A stretch of DNA of 64,000 nucleotides from Vermamoeba vermiformis (lineage: Eukaryota). The notes under the pieces are model-generated. The model saw nothing but the letters and a program-made list of their open reading frames with translations. It did not search any database and was not told the DNA's origin. Made by a program: the position numbers and the translations under genes. Positions within the stretch are counted from its first letter, which is position 1; each line of letters starts with the position of its first letter. The stretch lies in NCBI GenBank assembly GCA_045837725.1, contig JBEWZL010000013.1, positions 124,001 through 188,000 of the forward strand, in the 5' to 3' direction. This document shows positions 52,984 to 64,000 of this stretch, piece by piece.

Positions 52984-54661
52984 TTATAGAATCGCTAGCC
53001 AAGCCACAATACAAAGAACTACAAAAATAAAATATTTTGCAGTATTTCCAGCAGCGGAGCTCGTTGTGTGAGTGCACTCCGGAGTGTCAACAATTGCATC
53101 ACTTGGAGTGGCGAGAGGACTGTCATTAGTGCTTGGTGCAGCTACTGGCGAACTATCCACGGCCAGTGCAAATGGATTCTCAGTCACTTTGGTGCAGCGG
53201 TCCATGAGGCCCTGACAGTCGTTGAGCAGTGACGTGTTTGACGTGACGAGATCAATGACAGATTGGATGTCACACTCGTCGTAAGTGACACGCTCGACAC
53301 CCTCCTTGCGGTAGTACCAATCAGCTACATTTTGCGCGATGGTTCTGCCTTGAATAGCGAGGCCATTCCACTCCAACACGTGCTTGAAACACGTGGTCAC
53401 GAACACAGCATCGTTCATTGGATTTCGTTTCAAGTCCGTCAACAGTGAGCTGCGCACGTACTCGCCAACACGCATCACGTAGTCCCCGGCCCCTGAAGCA
53501 GCCAAAGCAGCACTGATTGGTGAAGGAAAGCGCAAGTTCTGGAGCAGTGACGTGTCGAGCAGTGATTGGGCCGAGTACAGTCTGTTGGGCAGATAGTTCC
53601 AGCCGTAGAGCGGAAAGCCGCAGTACGATGCGTTGGTTGGATTAGCTGCGGCACAGTCAGCATTCACACGACCTTTGTACAGCACTGAAAATGCGAGGGA
53701 CAAACTGTCTGGCAGCGACGGACCAGTCCACGAGGGCGTGAAGTCAGTGAACCACCCTGCATTCATTAGCGCTGATATGCTTGCATTGGGCACTCGCTAT
53801 AAAACATAACGGTGTTAGCTCTTGATTAGTATTTTGATGCACGTGTACATTGTTGAGCCAGTCAATGTTTGAGGTCACGCCTAACGCTCCAGCACTGCCA
53901 CCAGCCATCAAAACTTCCGTAGCATTATTGAAGCCGTACTTGGCAATAATATCTATGGGTTGAATCATCTGTAAGTATTTATACTAGTGCGCAGCCAGGC
54001 CCTGAACTGACCCTCAATGACAGCTTTGAAAATCAAATGACCCGCAAAGTATAGCCCAAAAGTCACCGTTGAGTTTTCAGTCTGCGTGCCAGTCCACAAG
54101 TCACCGCTGCAATACGGAATATGCACGCGTGTCCAGTTGTAGAAACCCTATAACAATGACACGTGTCAGAAGATCCCAACTTTTCAGCTGCGAGTGGATA
54201 CTTACCGGATTAGAACTTTGGTTGGGACTAGTATACGTACCAGTATAGCTAGCGCCAAAATAATTGCTCGAACCCAAGCTAGTCTGTTTGAAAAATAAGA
54301 AACGAAAATTCAATCATTGCATACTGTAGTACGAGCAGTGCAACCAGCTTTATCAAAGCATAAGCCACCTCCTTCGAGTGAGATCACCCACTTCGTAGAT
54401 TCCGCGCCTATTCAGTGGTTGTCAAAGAGTATGTTGATTAAATGATGGATCTTTAGAGATCTTACCTGCTTCAAAATAATAGCCTGCATTCGATCCATCG
54501 AGACTAATTATGTTAAAATTAAATGTCTTGTACAAATGTTCGGCTAGTTACCATCTGGCCCCTGTTTGATCTACGGCACCGAGCAATGCCAGAGATAAAT
54601 TGGCATCACAGTACCTAAATACAGCCAACAAAAGGGTAGTTAATAATATGCACTTGATCAT
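52984..54661 (-). CDS. Pectin acetylesterase/Notum-family hydrolase, secreted, probably GPI-anchored
   Basis: Signal peptide; ARCLDGSNAGYY, WVISLEGGGLC, FYNWTRVHIPYCSGDLWTG, nucleophile GGSAG. An S/T/P linker and a hydrophobic C-terminal tail follow. Confidence 0.92.
54157..54168. repeat. Intronic palindrome TGACACGTGTCA, copy 4
   Basis: Read directly; intron at about 54148-54205 of the acetylesterase gene, overlapping a CTGAC branch-site-like position on the minus strand. Confidence 0.9.
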
Positions 54662-55053
54662 CCTCGCGTGGCTGAATGTGCAAAAACGCAATAAAAATGT
54701 CTCCGTAATTTTCAATTCATTTGGACAATTTGTTGTCAAAATCTCTGGCAACAATTACATCATTGGTACTTATTTAATTAACTCCTATCATATCTTTATC
54801 GCTAATGAAGGGATATTTTATCGGCAAACGTTTCTTTCTCTAGCGATTCTTTTTCTCTTGCAGGCTAGCCGGCTTGGTCTTAAAATTGCCATTACAAATT
54901 AATGTCCATATACAGCGTGTTAAAGCCCAAAGTTGTCTTCGTTCCAGACGAATCCAGAAGGGTCTAAAATTGACCCGCCGTCAAATGACCAAATTTTGTC
55001 CGTTTCTAAAGATATTTTTGTCATTTTGATTTGTTTCCATCTACACGATCACT

Positions 55054-58000
55054 ATGGACTGCAGAAAATTCACAGTAATCGATCCAGAGACTATCTCTAC
55101 GGAAGAAGAAAGGAGATTAGCTCGGGATGCATCTCGTGAGGCAAATTGGAAAAGATGGGGTAATTATGACGTCCTTTACCGATTAATAATTAAAAAATAT
55201 TATTTTACTCATATTTATGCTGTTAATTGAGATTAACTAAGCGAATTGCGTGCTAAATTTACATCTGACAGGACCTTACTTATCTGAGAGACAATGGGCC
55301 ACGGTGCGAGAGGTAAATAATGATTAGCATATATTTGTTATTTGAATGCATAATTTCACAAATAGCGGCTCAAGAGCTAACGCCGGAACGGCAGCATCCA
55401 AAAATCTTTTGTTATTAAAATTAGAATAATTCAAGCTTGCGTGCATTTGGCAGTACTATATTGATACTATATTACCCGATCATTAAAAGGCCTAAAATTA
55501 TTCTAGTTCTAGAATGTTCTACGGCAGCTAAATCCGTTTTGAGACACAAGATTTCTAATACGCTTAATAGGATTATTCCGAAAACGGAGACGTATGGAAC
55601 TATTTTACGCACGATCAATCGCGAAGGTAGAGCTATTATTGCACTCATTTACGCAAACGACCTTTGGATCCACATTTTATAATTTTATTTCAAGCGTAAT
55701 TACTAATCAAATTTAATAGCCGCGCTTATCGATGGGGTGAAGACGGTATTTTAGGCATTTGCGATCGCGAGGTAAAACTTTAATTTTATTTTAATTTCTT
55801 TCTAAATATTTGTAGTGCCGATTATGCTTTGCCTTGGCTTTATGGAACGAAAAAGGTACATATATTACATGATCACCGTATTCTTTAAAGAACATAAAGC
55901 TAATAAATGCAGATCCGATTTTGAAAGAAAGAATTTTCGGTCTGACCGGAGCAGAAGGCAATCACGGAGAAGACCCTAAAGAGCTGTATTTTTACGTTGA
56001 CTCGACTCCTACGCACTCTTATATGAAAGGTACATAATACTACACCTCCGCTAATGAAAACTAACTCTTTTTCAGGCCTGTACAAATATCCTCAGGCTGA
56101 ATATCCTTACGCCAAACTCGCTGCTGAAAACAGAAAACGAACCAGAGACGAGCCTGAATATGAATTATATGATACTGGTACGATATTGCTACATTTTTTA
56201 AATATGACGGCTAATTTATATTTTGACTAGGTATTTTTGAAGAAAACAGATATTTTGACGTGCAAGTGGAATATGCCAAAGCAGCGGACAATGATATTTT
56301 GATCAAATTGACAGTCAGCAACAGAGGACCCGATACAGCTACTATTCACGTCTTGCCAACGATTTGGTTCAGAAACACGTGGATCTGGGGCTGCACTCAC
56401 GAGGGCTGTTGGATGAAGCCCAAGATCAAGGACAGATCTCCATTTGTACGTGACACGTGTCATTGGTTTTGCTAGCGTGGTGGCTAACATTTCCTTTTTA
56501 GGAAGTCGAGACATCGCACGAGTCCCTGGAGCCGTTCGTGTTCCAAGTCGAAGATCAGCCTGACTGGCTCTACACGGACAATGAAAGCAACAATGTCGCG
56601 CTGTGGGGACCTAGCGCTGAAAACTCCTCCAAGTACACCAAGGACGCGTTCCACCGCTACTTGGTACGCATCATATTCCTTTCGTATTTATCAGTTTTAT
56701 ATGATACTTTAAGGTTTAATAAGGGTTGTGACTTACACTATGAATAATAGATTAAAGGAGAAAAAGACGCTGTTAACCCAAAGCCACGTGGCACTAAAGT
56801 GGCTGCTCATCAGCGACTCGAAATTCCTGGTGGTCAAACACGCGTGTTGAAGATGAGAATGTTCGCGCCTAGCAAACCTACGGGCATTCCTCAAGAACAC
56901 AAAGCCGCCTTTGGTACGTGCAACAGATTCCATTCCTTAGATGAAAAACTAATTTTTTTTCATAGCCGCTTTTGACGCCATGTTTGACAAGCGAGTGCAA
57001 GAAGCCGATGAATTCTACGGCAAAGTTATTCCCGCCAACCTGTCGCGCGAAGAAAAGAACACTGCTCGCCAAGCCTTTGCGGGTCTATTGTGGGGCAAAC
57101 AATTTTATCACTACATTGTCAAGGACTGGATTGACGGTGATCCAGGTACGCGCCAAACAATAATCAATGTGACATCTGACATTAATACTGCTGATAGAGC
57201 AATTGAAGCCGCCAGAGAATAGAAAGAAAGGTCGTAATTCAGATTGGGGTCACTTGTTCAATCGCGACATTATCAGCATGCCCGACAAGTGGGAGTACCC
57301 CTGGTACGCCTCGTGGGACTTGGCTTTCCACATGGTGCCCTTCGCTGAGATTGATCCGTACTTTGCCAAGGACCAATTGATTCTCTTCTTGCGCGAGTGG
57401 TACATGCATCCCAACGGTACGTGCGAAGGGCTGACTTTGACGATCCGAGACTCATTTCCTAATTTAGGCATGATCCCCGCATACGAATGGAACTTCTCCG
57501 ATGTCAACCCGCCAGTGCACGCATGGGTACGTAGCTATTTCCTTTTATGGTAAGGCTAGTGTTAACGTGTTAACCAGGCTGCATGGAAAGTCTACAAAAT
57601 GACCGGCAAGAAAGACAAGGGATTTTTGATGCGAGTCTTCCAGAAGTTGTTGCTCAACTTCACGTGGTGGGTCAACAGAAAAGATATGTCAGGCAATCAC
57701 ATCTTCTCGGGTGGTTTCTTGGGTCTCGATAACATTTCAATTTTTGATCGCTCAACGACACGCGACCTCGAACAAGCTGATGCTACCAGCTGGATGGCTT
57801 TCTTCTGCGCTAGCATGCTCAAGATTGCCATTGAATTGGCTCAGCACTTCCCTGCCATGGAGGACATTGCCTCGAAGTTTTTCGAACACTTTGGTAAGGG
57901 AGTTAAAAGTAATAATTGATTTAGCTAACTGTCTCTAGTCGCTATTGTTGACGCTATGAACACGCTGGGAGGAACTGGTCTTTGGGTAAGTGCCTTAAAG

Positions 58001-59180
58001 ACAAGAATTCTAGGAGCTATGCAATTGACACGTGTCATATAGGACGAGACAGATGGTTTCTACTACGATCAGCTCAAAGCAGGCAATGATCGTGTACCTC
58101 TGCGTATCCGTTCAATGGTCGGTTTGATTCCGCTCTGCGCTGTTAACGTGCTCAAGTCCAAGGACATTGAAAACTTGCACGGCTTCAAGCGTCGTATGGA
58201 ATGGTTCTTGAACAACCGCAAAGGTAGGCACAAGCGCCTAATATGAATATGCATCACGAGCTCTAACACTTTTGACCAGATTTGGGTCGTCACATCTCGT
58301 GGATGCAAAGCGGCGATTCTGCACGACCTAACTACTACTTGTTGGCCGTGCCAAGTGAAGAACGTACGTATAAACTGCTAGTATTTCCAAGAAGGAGGAC
58401 TAACGTGCTTCAGGCCTGGTTCGTGTGCTGCACTATTTGTTCAAAGAAGACGAGTTCTTGTCGCCCTACGGCATTCGCTCCATGTCCAAGAAGTACGAGA
58501 AAGAGCCGTACACCTTCAAAGAGGGCGACAAGGTCTACACGATCAATTACTTGCCTGGCGAGTCCAACATTGATTTGTTCGGTGGTAACTCCAACTGGCG
58601 TGGTCCTATTTGGTTCCCTGTCAACTGTTTGCTCATTGAAGCTTTGCACAAATTCGCGAGGTATGTCTTTTCAGTGAACGATACTCGCATTAACTGACAC
58701 GTGTCAATTGCAGATACTACGGTGATAAACTTCAAGTCGAGTATCCCACGGGCTCGGGTGTCAAAATGGGTCTCGAAGAGTGCGCTGTAAGTGCTGGCTA
58801 TATATTTAGTTGCAAGACTTTGCATTAATTTTTCACAACTTTTACAGCAAGACATCCGCCGCCGCATGACAAAGATCTTTTTGCCCAGTGCTGAAGCTGA
58901 CGGAGCACGACCTTGCTTCGGTGACAACGAGCACTTCAAAGCAGATCCGCACTGGAAGAATTTGTTGTTGTTCCACGAGTACTTCCACGCTGACTCGGGC
59001 AAGGGTCTTGGCGCAGAGTACGTAGATCTGGTATTGCCTTTTATGGTAACCGTGCTCTAACCAACTTCCTTTTATAGACATCAAACAGGCTGGACTGGAC
59101 TCATCGCGTATCATTTGTTACATTTGACGAAGAAGGGTCGTAGTCAATCCAACCTGGATGAGAAGGCCAATGGCAAGTGA
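55054..59180 (+). CDS. GH63-like glucosidase (YMR196W / mannosylglycerate hydrolase-like)
   Basis: [120 protein letters not shown]. Confidence 0.95.
56451..56462. repeat. Intronic palindrome TGACACGTGTCA, copy 5
   Basis: Read directly; overlaps the last base of the GTACGT donor (56446) in the GH63 gene. Confidence 0.9.
58026..58037. repeat. Intronic palindrome TGACACGTGTCA, copy 6
   Basis: Read directly; just before the TAG acceptor (58040-58042) in the GH63 gene. Confidence 0.9.
58695..58706. repeat. Intronic palindrome TGACACGTGTCA, copy 7
   Basis: Read directly; overlaps a CTGAC branch-site-like motif before the CAG acceptor (58711-58713) in the GH63 gene. Confidence 0.9.
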
Positions 59181-59409
59181 GATCTGATTCGGTTGTAATT
59201 GCTGGGTGCTACGTGCTAGGGATCAATAATGTTGTATAAATACAATTAAATGCATTAAAGTTTCGTGACGTTAGCTCTTTGATAACACTCTTAAACGGAA
59301 TGCAACCTAAATAGACCAATAGAAATCAAGATAAAAATAGTTCGTACACTGTGCCGTTTTACTTTTTTCAGTTATTCTAATTGAATAATACGAGGACAAG
59401 GTTGCAATA

Positions 59410-61733
59410 ATGCAAGTAGAAGACTGGAAGTTAGTAATACTGGGGAAGTTAGGCGTTGGAACGACTACTTTTTTGGTCCGCCACGTCCAAAACATTTTCA
59501 TTGGTGCGTGATTACAGCATAATTATGCAATAATTTTAATAATTCTAATTTTCCAATTTGATTACCAATTTCATAACGACAAAAATAAACAAAAATATTT
59601 CTAATTTATTAATTCATAACAGATTACTTCGAGCCCGATTTGTACATGGGTAAGTATATAATAATTTAAGTGTTAACAATAAATTAATGAATCTAAACTA
59701 TTGGACAGACGCGTACCGTAAACAATTGGAGATCGACGATCGCCTTTGCATTCATGAAATGTACGATCTTTGGCTCACTACCGATGAGGTACACGCAATG
59801 TCAGACATTGTCATGAAAAACGGCCAAGGCTTTATTGTAAGTGCCCCAAGATCCGAACGGAAACCACTAACAAACCTTACTGTAATTTAGATTGCATACA
59901 GCAGCACCGATCGATCGTCCTTCCAAGTAGTACCCGAATATATTGAAAAAATCCAACAAATTAGAGGTGTTCCGCTCGAAGAAATTCCAATCGTTCTGAT
60001 CGAAACAAAGTGCGATCTCGACACAAGTCAGTCACACCAGCAAAACAACGCTATAATTATAGAAAATTAACACAGTATCGCTTAGATCGACAAGTATCGA
60101 TTCAAGAAGGTCAAGCTCTCGCAGCTCAATACGGATTCAAGTTCTTGTCAACATCCGCGAAGACAGCACACAACGTTGACGAGACGGTGTACGAATTAAT
60201 TCGATTGCTGCGAGCCAAAGCGGATTTGGAACGATTCATCAAAAAGAACGGCGGCAAGCGACCCATTCCTGCTTCGAAGATTGTATTCCCGCCATTCAGC
60301 TCAACTCTGGTACCCTACTGATGACGCTGATAGCCTTATTTGGAAATAACTGATTATTTCTTATAGATTAGTGACATCTCAACGCAGTTGTTCGACAATC
60401 CAACCTATTCAGACTTGACACTCGTGGTCGACAAGAGGCCTATTCACCTGCACAGTACGATCAGTGATAATACTGCAATCGATTTCATTTGGCTAATGTT
60501 TCTCACTGAACAGAAGCAGTGCTGTTTGGACGACTTCCGAGCTTCATGGAGAAAATCAAAGCTGTAAGCTTGATCCGCTCACATATGTGTGCAATGCGGA
60601 ACTAACACCCGATCATTCAGGACGACAAAGTGATTGACCTCGAGTCATCAATGACCTATCCAGTAGTGTACAGTGTATTCAAATATGTCTACTTGGGAAA
60701 GTTTGAGAGGTATGCCTACGAAGGTCTAGCAGGTCGACTAACCATCGATAACTAACAATCGATTACAGAGCACAAGGAGCAACAGACGCACAATACAAAG
60801 CAGCAATCATGAAGTGGGAAGTGTTCAACTTGCTGCCAATTCTCAAGGTACGTTCGCTTGCCGTTGAGTTACATGTACGCGTACTAACTGGACGTCACAG
60901 AACGAAGAAGTCGAGAGTTTCACACCAGCATTCGAACGACTGTTCAATCTGAACTTCATGAGTGACTTGAAGATTGTAGTTGATACGAGTGACAAGAAGA
61001 AGCAACAGCGGCACGAGATCTTCTGTCACAAGATGATTCTTTGTGCACGCAGTGAGTACTTCAGAGCCATGTACTCGGTAAGTGAAGCATTCTAAGTGAC
61101 ACGTGTAAAAGCAACTCACACTTTCCTCTCAGGCAGGATTCAAAGAGTCCACGAACACGGAGCTTGTTATTGACGACTGCAGTTATGAAGGTTAGTGTTA
61201 AAATATACATCATATTGCTCTTCTAACCGACACTACAGCTGTTTTGTTATTGCTCAACTATTACTACCGCGATACACATGAGATTGAAGATGAGTCGCTG
61301 ATGATGGATCTGCTACCGTATGTGGCAAAGAGATCATGTAATATTAATTCTAATGTTTTCACAGACTCGCCAATCGCTACAACGAGCGACAAGTGCTGCA
61401 AATGGTAGCGCGCTATCTGCACAAAAAGATCACCATCGAGGCTGTGTGCTACATTCTCGCACTGTGTGAGATGTTTGTGCTTGACAATGAACTCAAACAA
61501 GGTACGACTCCACTGGTGCTTGTCAAGTACTCATTCATTGTTCAATAGCGTGCCACGAGTTCATTTCCTATCGGTTCAAAGCAGTCGCCAAGACATCAGG
61601 ATTCAAACAACTCTCAGCTGAGACACGTGCATCATTGGAAACACAACAAGCACCAGGTCTGTGGTTTATTGTCAAAGAGAAGCAAGATGAGTCGTCGCAG
61701 CTGGTCAAACTCATCAAGAACCTTACGCTGTAA
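59410..61733 (+). CDS. Degenerate Ras-like GTPase domain fused to two BTB domains
   Basis: KLVILGKLGVGTT, DAYRKQLEIDD, NGQGFI.AYS, PIVLIETKCDL, STSAK. The BTBs read LSDLTLVVDKRPIHLH and MSDLKIVV..IFCHKMILCARSEYFRAM..GFKES. Confidence 0.88.
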
Positions 61734-61936
61734 AGACTACTAACCAACGCGCTTATTTAATTTCTGTGGCGAATGATTGCCGTACGAAATTCGATTGCCA
61801 ATACCGCCCTTTGTAATTTAGAGACCATAAGTAATTGTATAAAAGGAACAACAATCATTCTAACCAATTTTCATTGAATTTTGAGTGCTTGCGTTGAAAA
61901 TTTCATTCTTCATTTAAACTCGATTGAGAGCACACA

Positions 61937-62672
61937 ATGGGGAACTTCTTTGGCTTAAAAAATACTAATGATATTAATACTGGAAATACGAATAGTAAGC
62001 CAATCAAAGCAGTTATGGTAAGAAGGTTTAGCTAAATCCACTCCAACGCCAAGAAAAATTCTTAATATTCATTGCAAGGCTGGCATTGATGCAGCAGGTA
62101 AATCAACGCTAGTATATAAGCTTAAAGCTCAAGTCGAATATTCGCGCCTTGGTCCTCGTGGCCCGTCGATGGAAATAGCCAAATACAAAAACTTTGAACT
62201 GGTGGTGTGGGACTCTGATAGTAGTGCTAGAGTAAGTACAATTAAGTCTCTATCCTCGCTAAAAGATACGAAATTTACGCGATCCGTTGGTTAGTATGGC
62301 CCACTTAAAAAGTACGCGTCCTCCGAAGCAGTCGGCTTGATATATGTAGTGGATGTAACGGAGAGAGAGAGAATAGATGAGGCTATAATTGAGCTCAGAA
62401 ACGAACTTTCATTCATAGAGGACAACGGACGGTCAGATGTGCCGCTCTTGATATTCGCCAACAAGATAGATCTGCCCAACGGACTAACCAAGGCTGAAAT
62501 TATTGATAAATTTGGCCTGAGATCGATGATTAATCGTCCCTGGCACGTTCAGCCTTGTTCTGCATTGCAAGGCACAGGCCTGAACGAAGGATTTGAGTGG
62601 TTTATGGAACAGATCGCACGGCGGTCTTTCCAAGTAACCGCTGCGTGTGATTTGGATGATAGGACGCTTTAA
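61937..62672 (+). CDS. Divergent Arf/Arl family small GTPase
   Basis: MGNFFG (myristoylation-type start), GIDAAGKST, IYVVD..ERIDEA, LLIFANKIDLP, WHVQPCSALQGTGL.EGFEW. Confidence 0.9.
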
Positions 62673-62934
62673 ATAGATAATTATTTGATATTTAAATTGT
62701 AAATATAATAATATAATATAAAAATCACCGTTTATTTTGGTGAAGCAGGTACCATTTATGCCACAACAGACAAATTGATGATAGGTTGCATGTTGTAGAT
62801 AATAATATATTATAATTATCTAATTTTGTGGTGCTGTTCTTTACGCTGCTAACTTTGTGCTTGAAGAAGCACAAATTTTGGTCGAAATTGTTGACACAGG
62901 TAATTAAGTTTCAACATTTATTATCACGAACACA

Positions 62935-63763
62935 ATGCAGACACAATTAGTAGGACAAAAATTAATTAACAGCAAGGGCCAGAGTTTCGCAGCTGACGAG
63001 ATCTTGAAAGATAAAATGGTAATTACGGTTTGAAACACGATAAAAGCGCCTTCTTTAATTTTAAAATAATCACAACAAACCATATTAAATATGGAGTAGT
63101 GAAATAAGGCTTTACAGCATTGCCTCATAATTTTAAATTATTTTTTGACAGATCGGACTATATTTCTCTGCCAACTGGTGTCCACCTTGCAAAACGTAAG
63201 CACAAATAATAATACGTTAATAATGTGCTAATTATGCGCGCATTAGATTTACTACAAAGCTCGTAGAATTCGTGAATGAACTTAAAGCTGAAAATAAGCC
63301 ATTTGAAGTTGTCTTTGTGAGCTCAGATCAATCTGAAAAGAAAATGATGGAATATATGGCACCTGTAAGTATTTTTTCAACTTGGCGTTGCGACTTCAGA
63401 TCAAGATCCAGAGATACATCAGCTAAATGCTTTTAATAGACTCCTTTCTATGCTATTCCGTTCGGCAGCTCTTTAATAGAAGAGATTACAGACGAATATG
63501 ATATAATGGGCATTCCAGCTCTCGTAAGAATTGATTTGTAGCGATATATTTTTTGGAGCTGACAACGTTTCCAATGCCAGGTGATTGTTAGGAACGGCAA
63601 ATTAATTACTTGCGAGGGTCGTGAAGGTGAGTACTATTAACCTACAGCTCAATATTCAATATTTGTCCGCGACTAATGCTAGATCTCAGAACTCACCGCG
63701 AAAGGCAAAGCAGTGTACGACGAGTGGCTCAAAGCACCAACAGCAGCCGCGAAACAAATTTGA
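62935..63763 (+). CDS. Nucleoredoxin/tryparedoxin-like thioredoxin
   Basis: IGLYFSANWCPPCK.FT.KL..FEVVFVSSD..YAIPF..IMGIPALVIV..GKLIT..GR. Confidence 0.93.
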
Positions 63764-63825
63764 ACACGTGTAAATATAGCTTGAGTAAATAGATTGATTG
63801 CACTTCCGGCGATGTTGTAAAAACT

Positions 63826-64000
63826 TCAGAGAAAGGCGGCAAAATCATTCTTGCCAACCACCAAAACTGTCGAACAGATCTCAACAACCGGCGAATGCAC
63901 CTCATAATGCAGTACGAAAGAACTGGTGCTACGCATTGCCATGGAGTCGAAGAGCCTCTTGTACTGTAAGTTCTGCAGATGGTTCGCAACATCCAATCCG
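63826..64000 (-). CDS. Possible 3' end of a gene running off the window
   Basis: Open frame ..DVANHLQNLQYKRLFDS..NDFAAFL* converging on the nucleoredoxin gene; no family recognised. Confidence 0.3.
   Translation of the reverse strand, partial: GLDVANHLQNLQYKRLFDSMAMRSTSSFVLHYEVHSPVVEICSTVLVVGKNDFAAFL

Noticed and set aside
1-64000. Alternative genetic code or stop-codon readthrough
   Set aside because: In-frame stops in conserved genes fall inside plausible introns, and TAA, TAG and TGA all terminate genes.

Overview
This is eukaryotic nuclear DNA from a very gene-dense genome with many short (mostly about 35-150 nt) GT-AG introns. The gene content (SCAI, a CLU-domain protein, ErkB/ERK7-like kinase, Ras-BTB fusion) suggests a free-living amoeba or similar protist, but the species cannot be fixed from the sequence. 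About 29 intron-containing protein genes can be reconstructed by hand, so exon boundaries are approximate. Housekeeping genes include PRRC2/BAT2-like, PSMG2, YJU2B, SCAI, STN1, Yippee, HMGCL, RPB8, MBF1, TMCO1, ATG5, a GH63 glucosidase and a nucleoredoxin. Bacterial-type enzymes carrying spliceosomal introns are a DNRLRE-PKD-heparinase II-like surface lyase, an RlaP/YcgL-type nucleotidyltransferase, and a lipoyl-less E2-type acyltransferase ending in the peroxisomal signal SKL. Unusual fusions and pseudoenzymes include F-box-importin-beta, ANK-Kelch/SPRY-BTB-BTB-CaaX, pseudo-Ras-BTB-BTB, a pseudo-MAPK and CLU-TPR-pseudokinase. The most striking non-coding signal is a perfect 12-bp palindrome, TGACACGTGTCA, seen 7 times and always inside introns of unrelated genes; a second set of GATC-centred intronic palindromes accompanies it. 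No rRNA, tRNA, CRISPR array or transposase was recognised.
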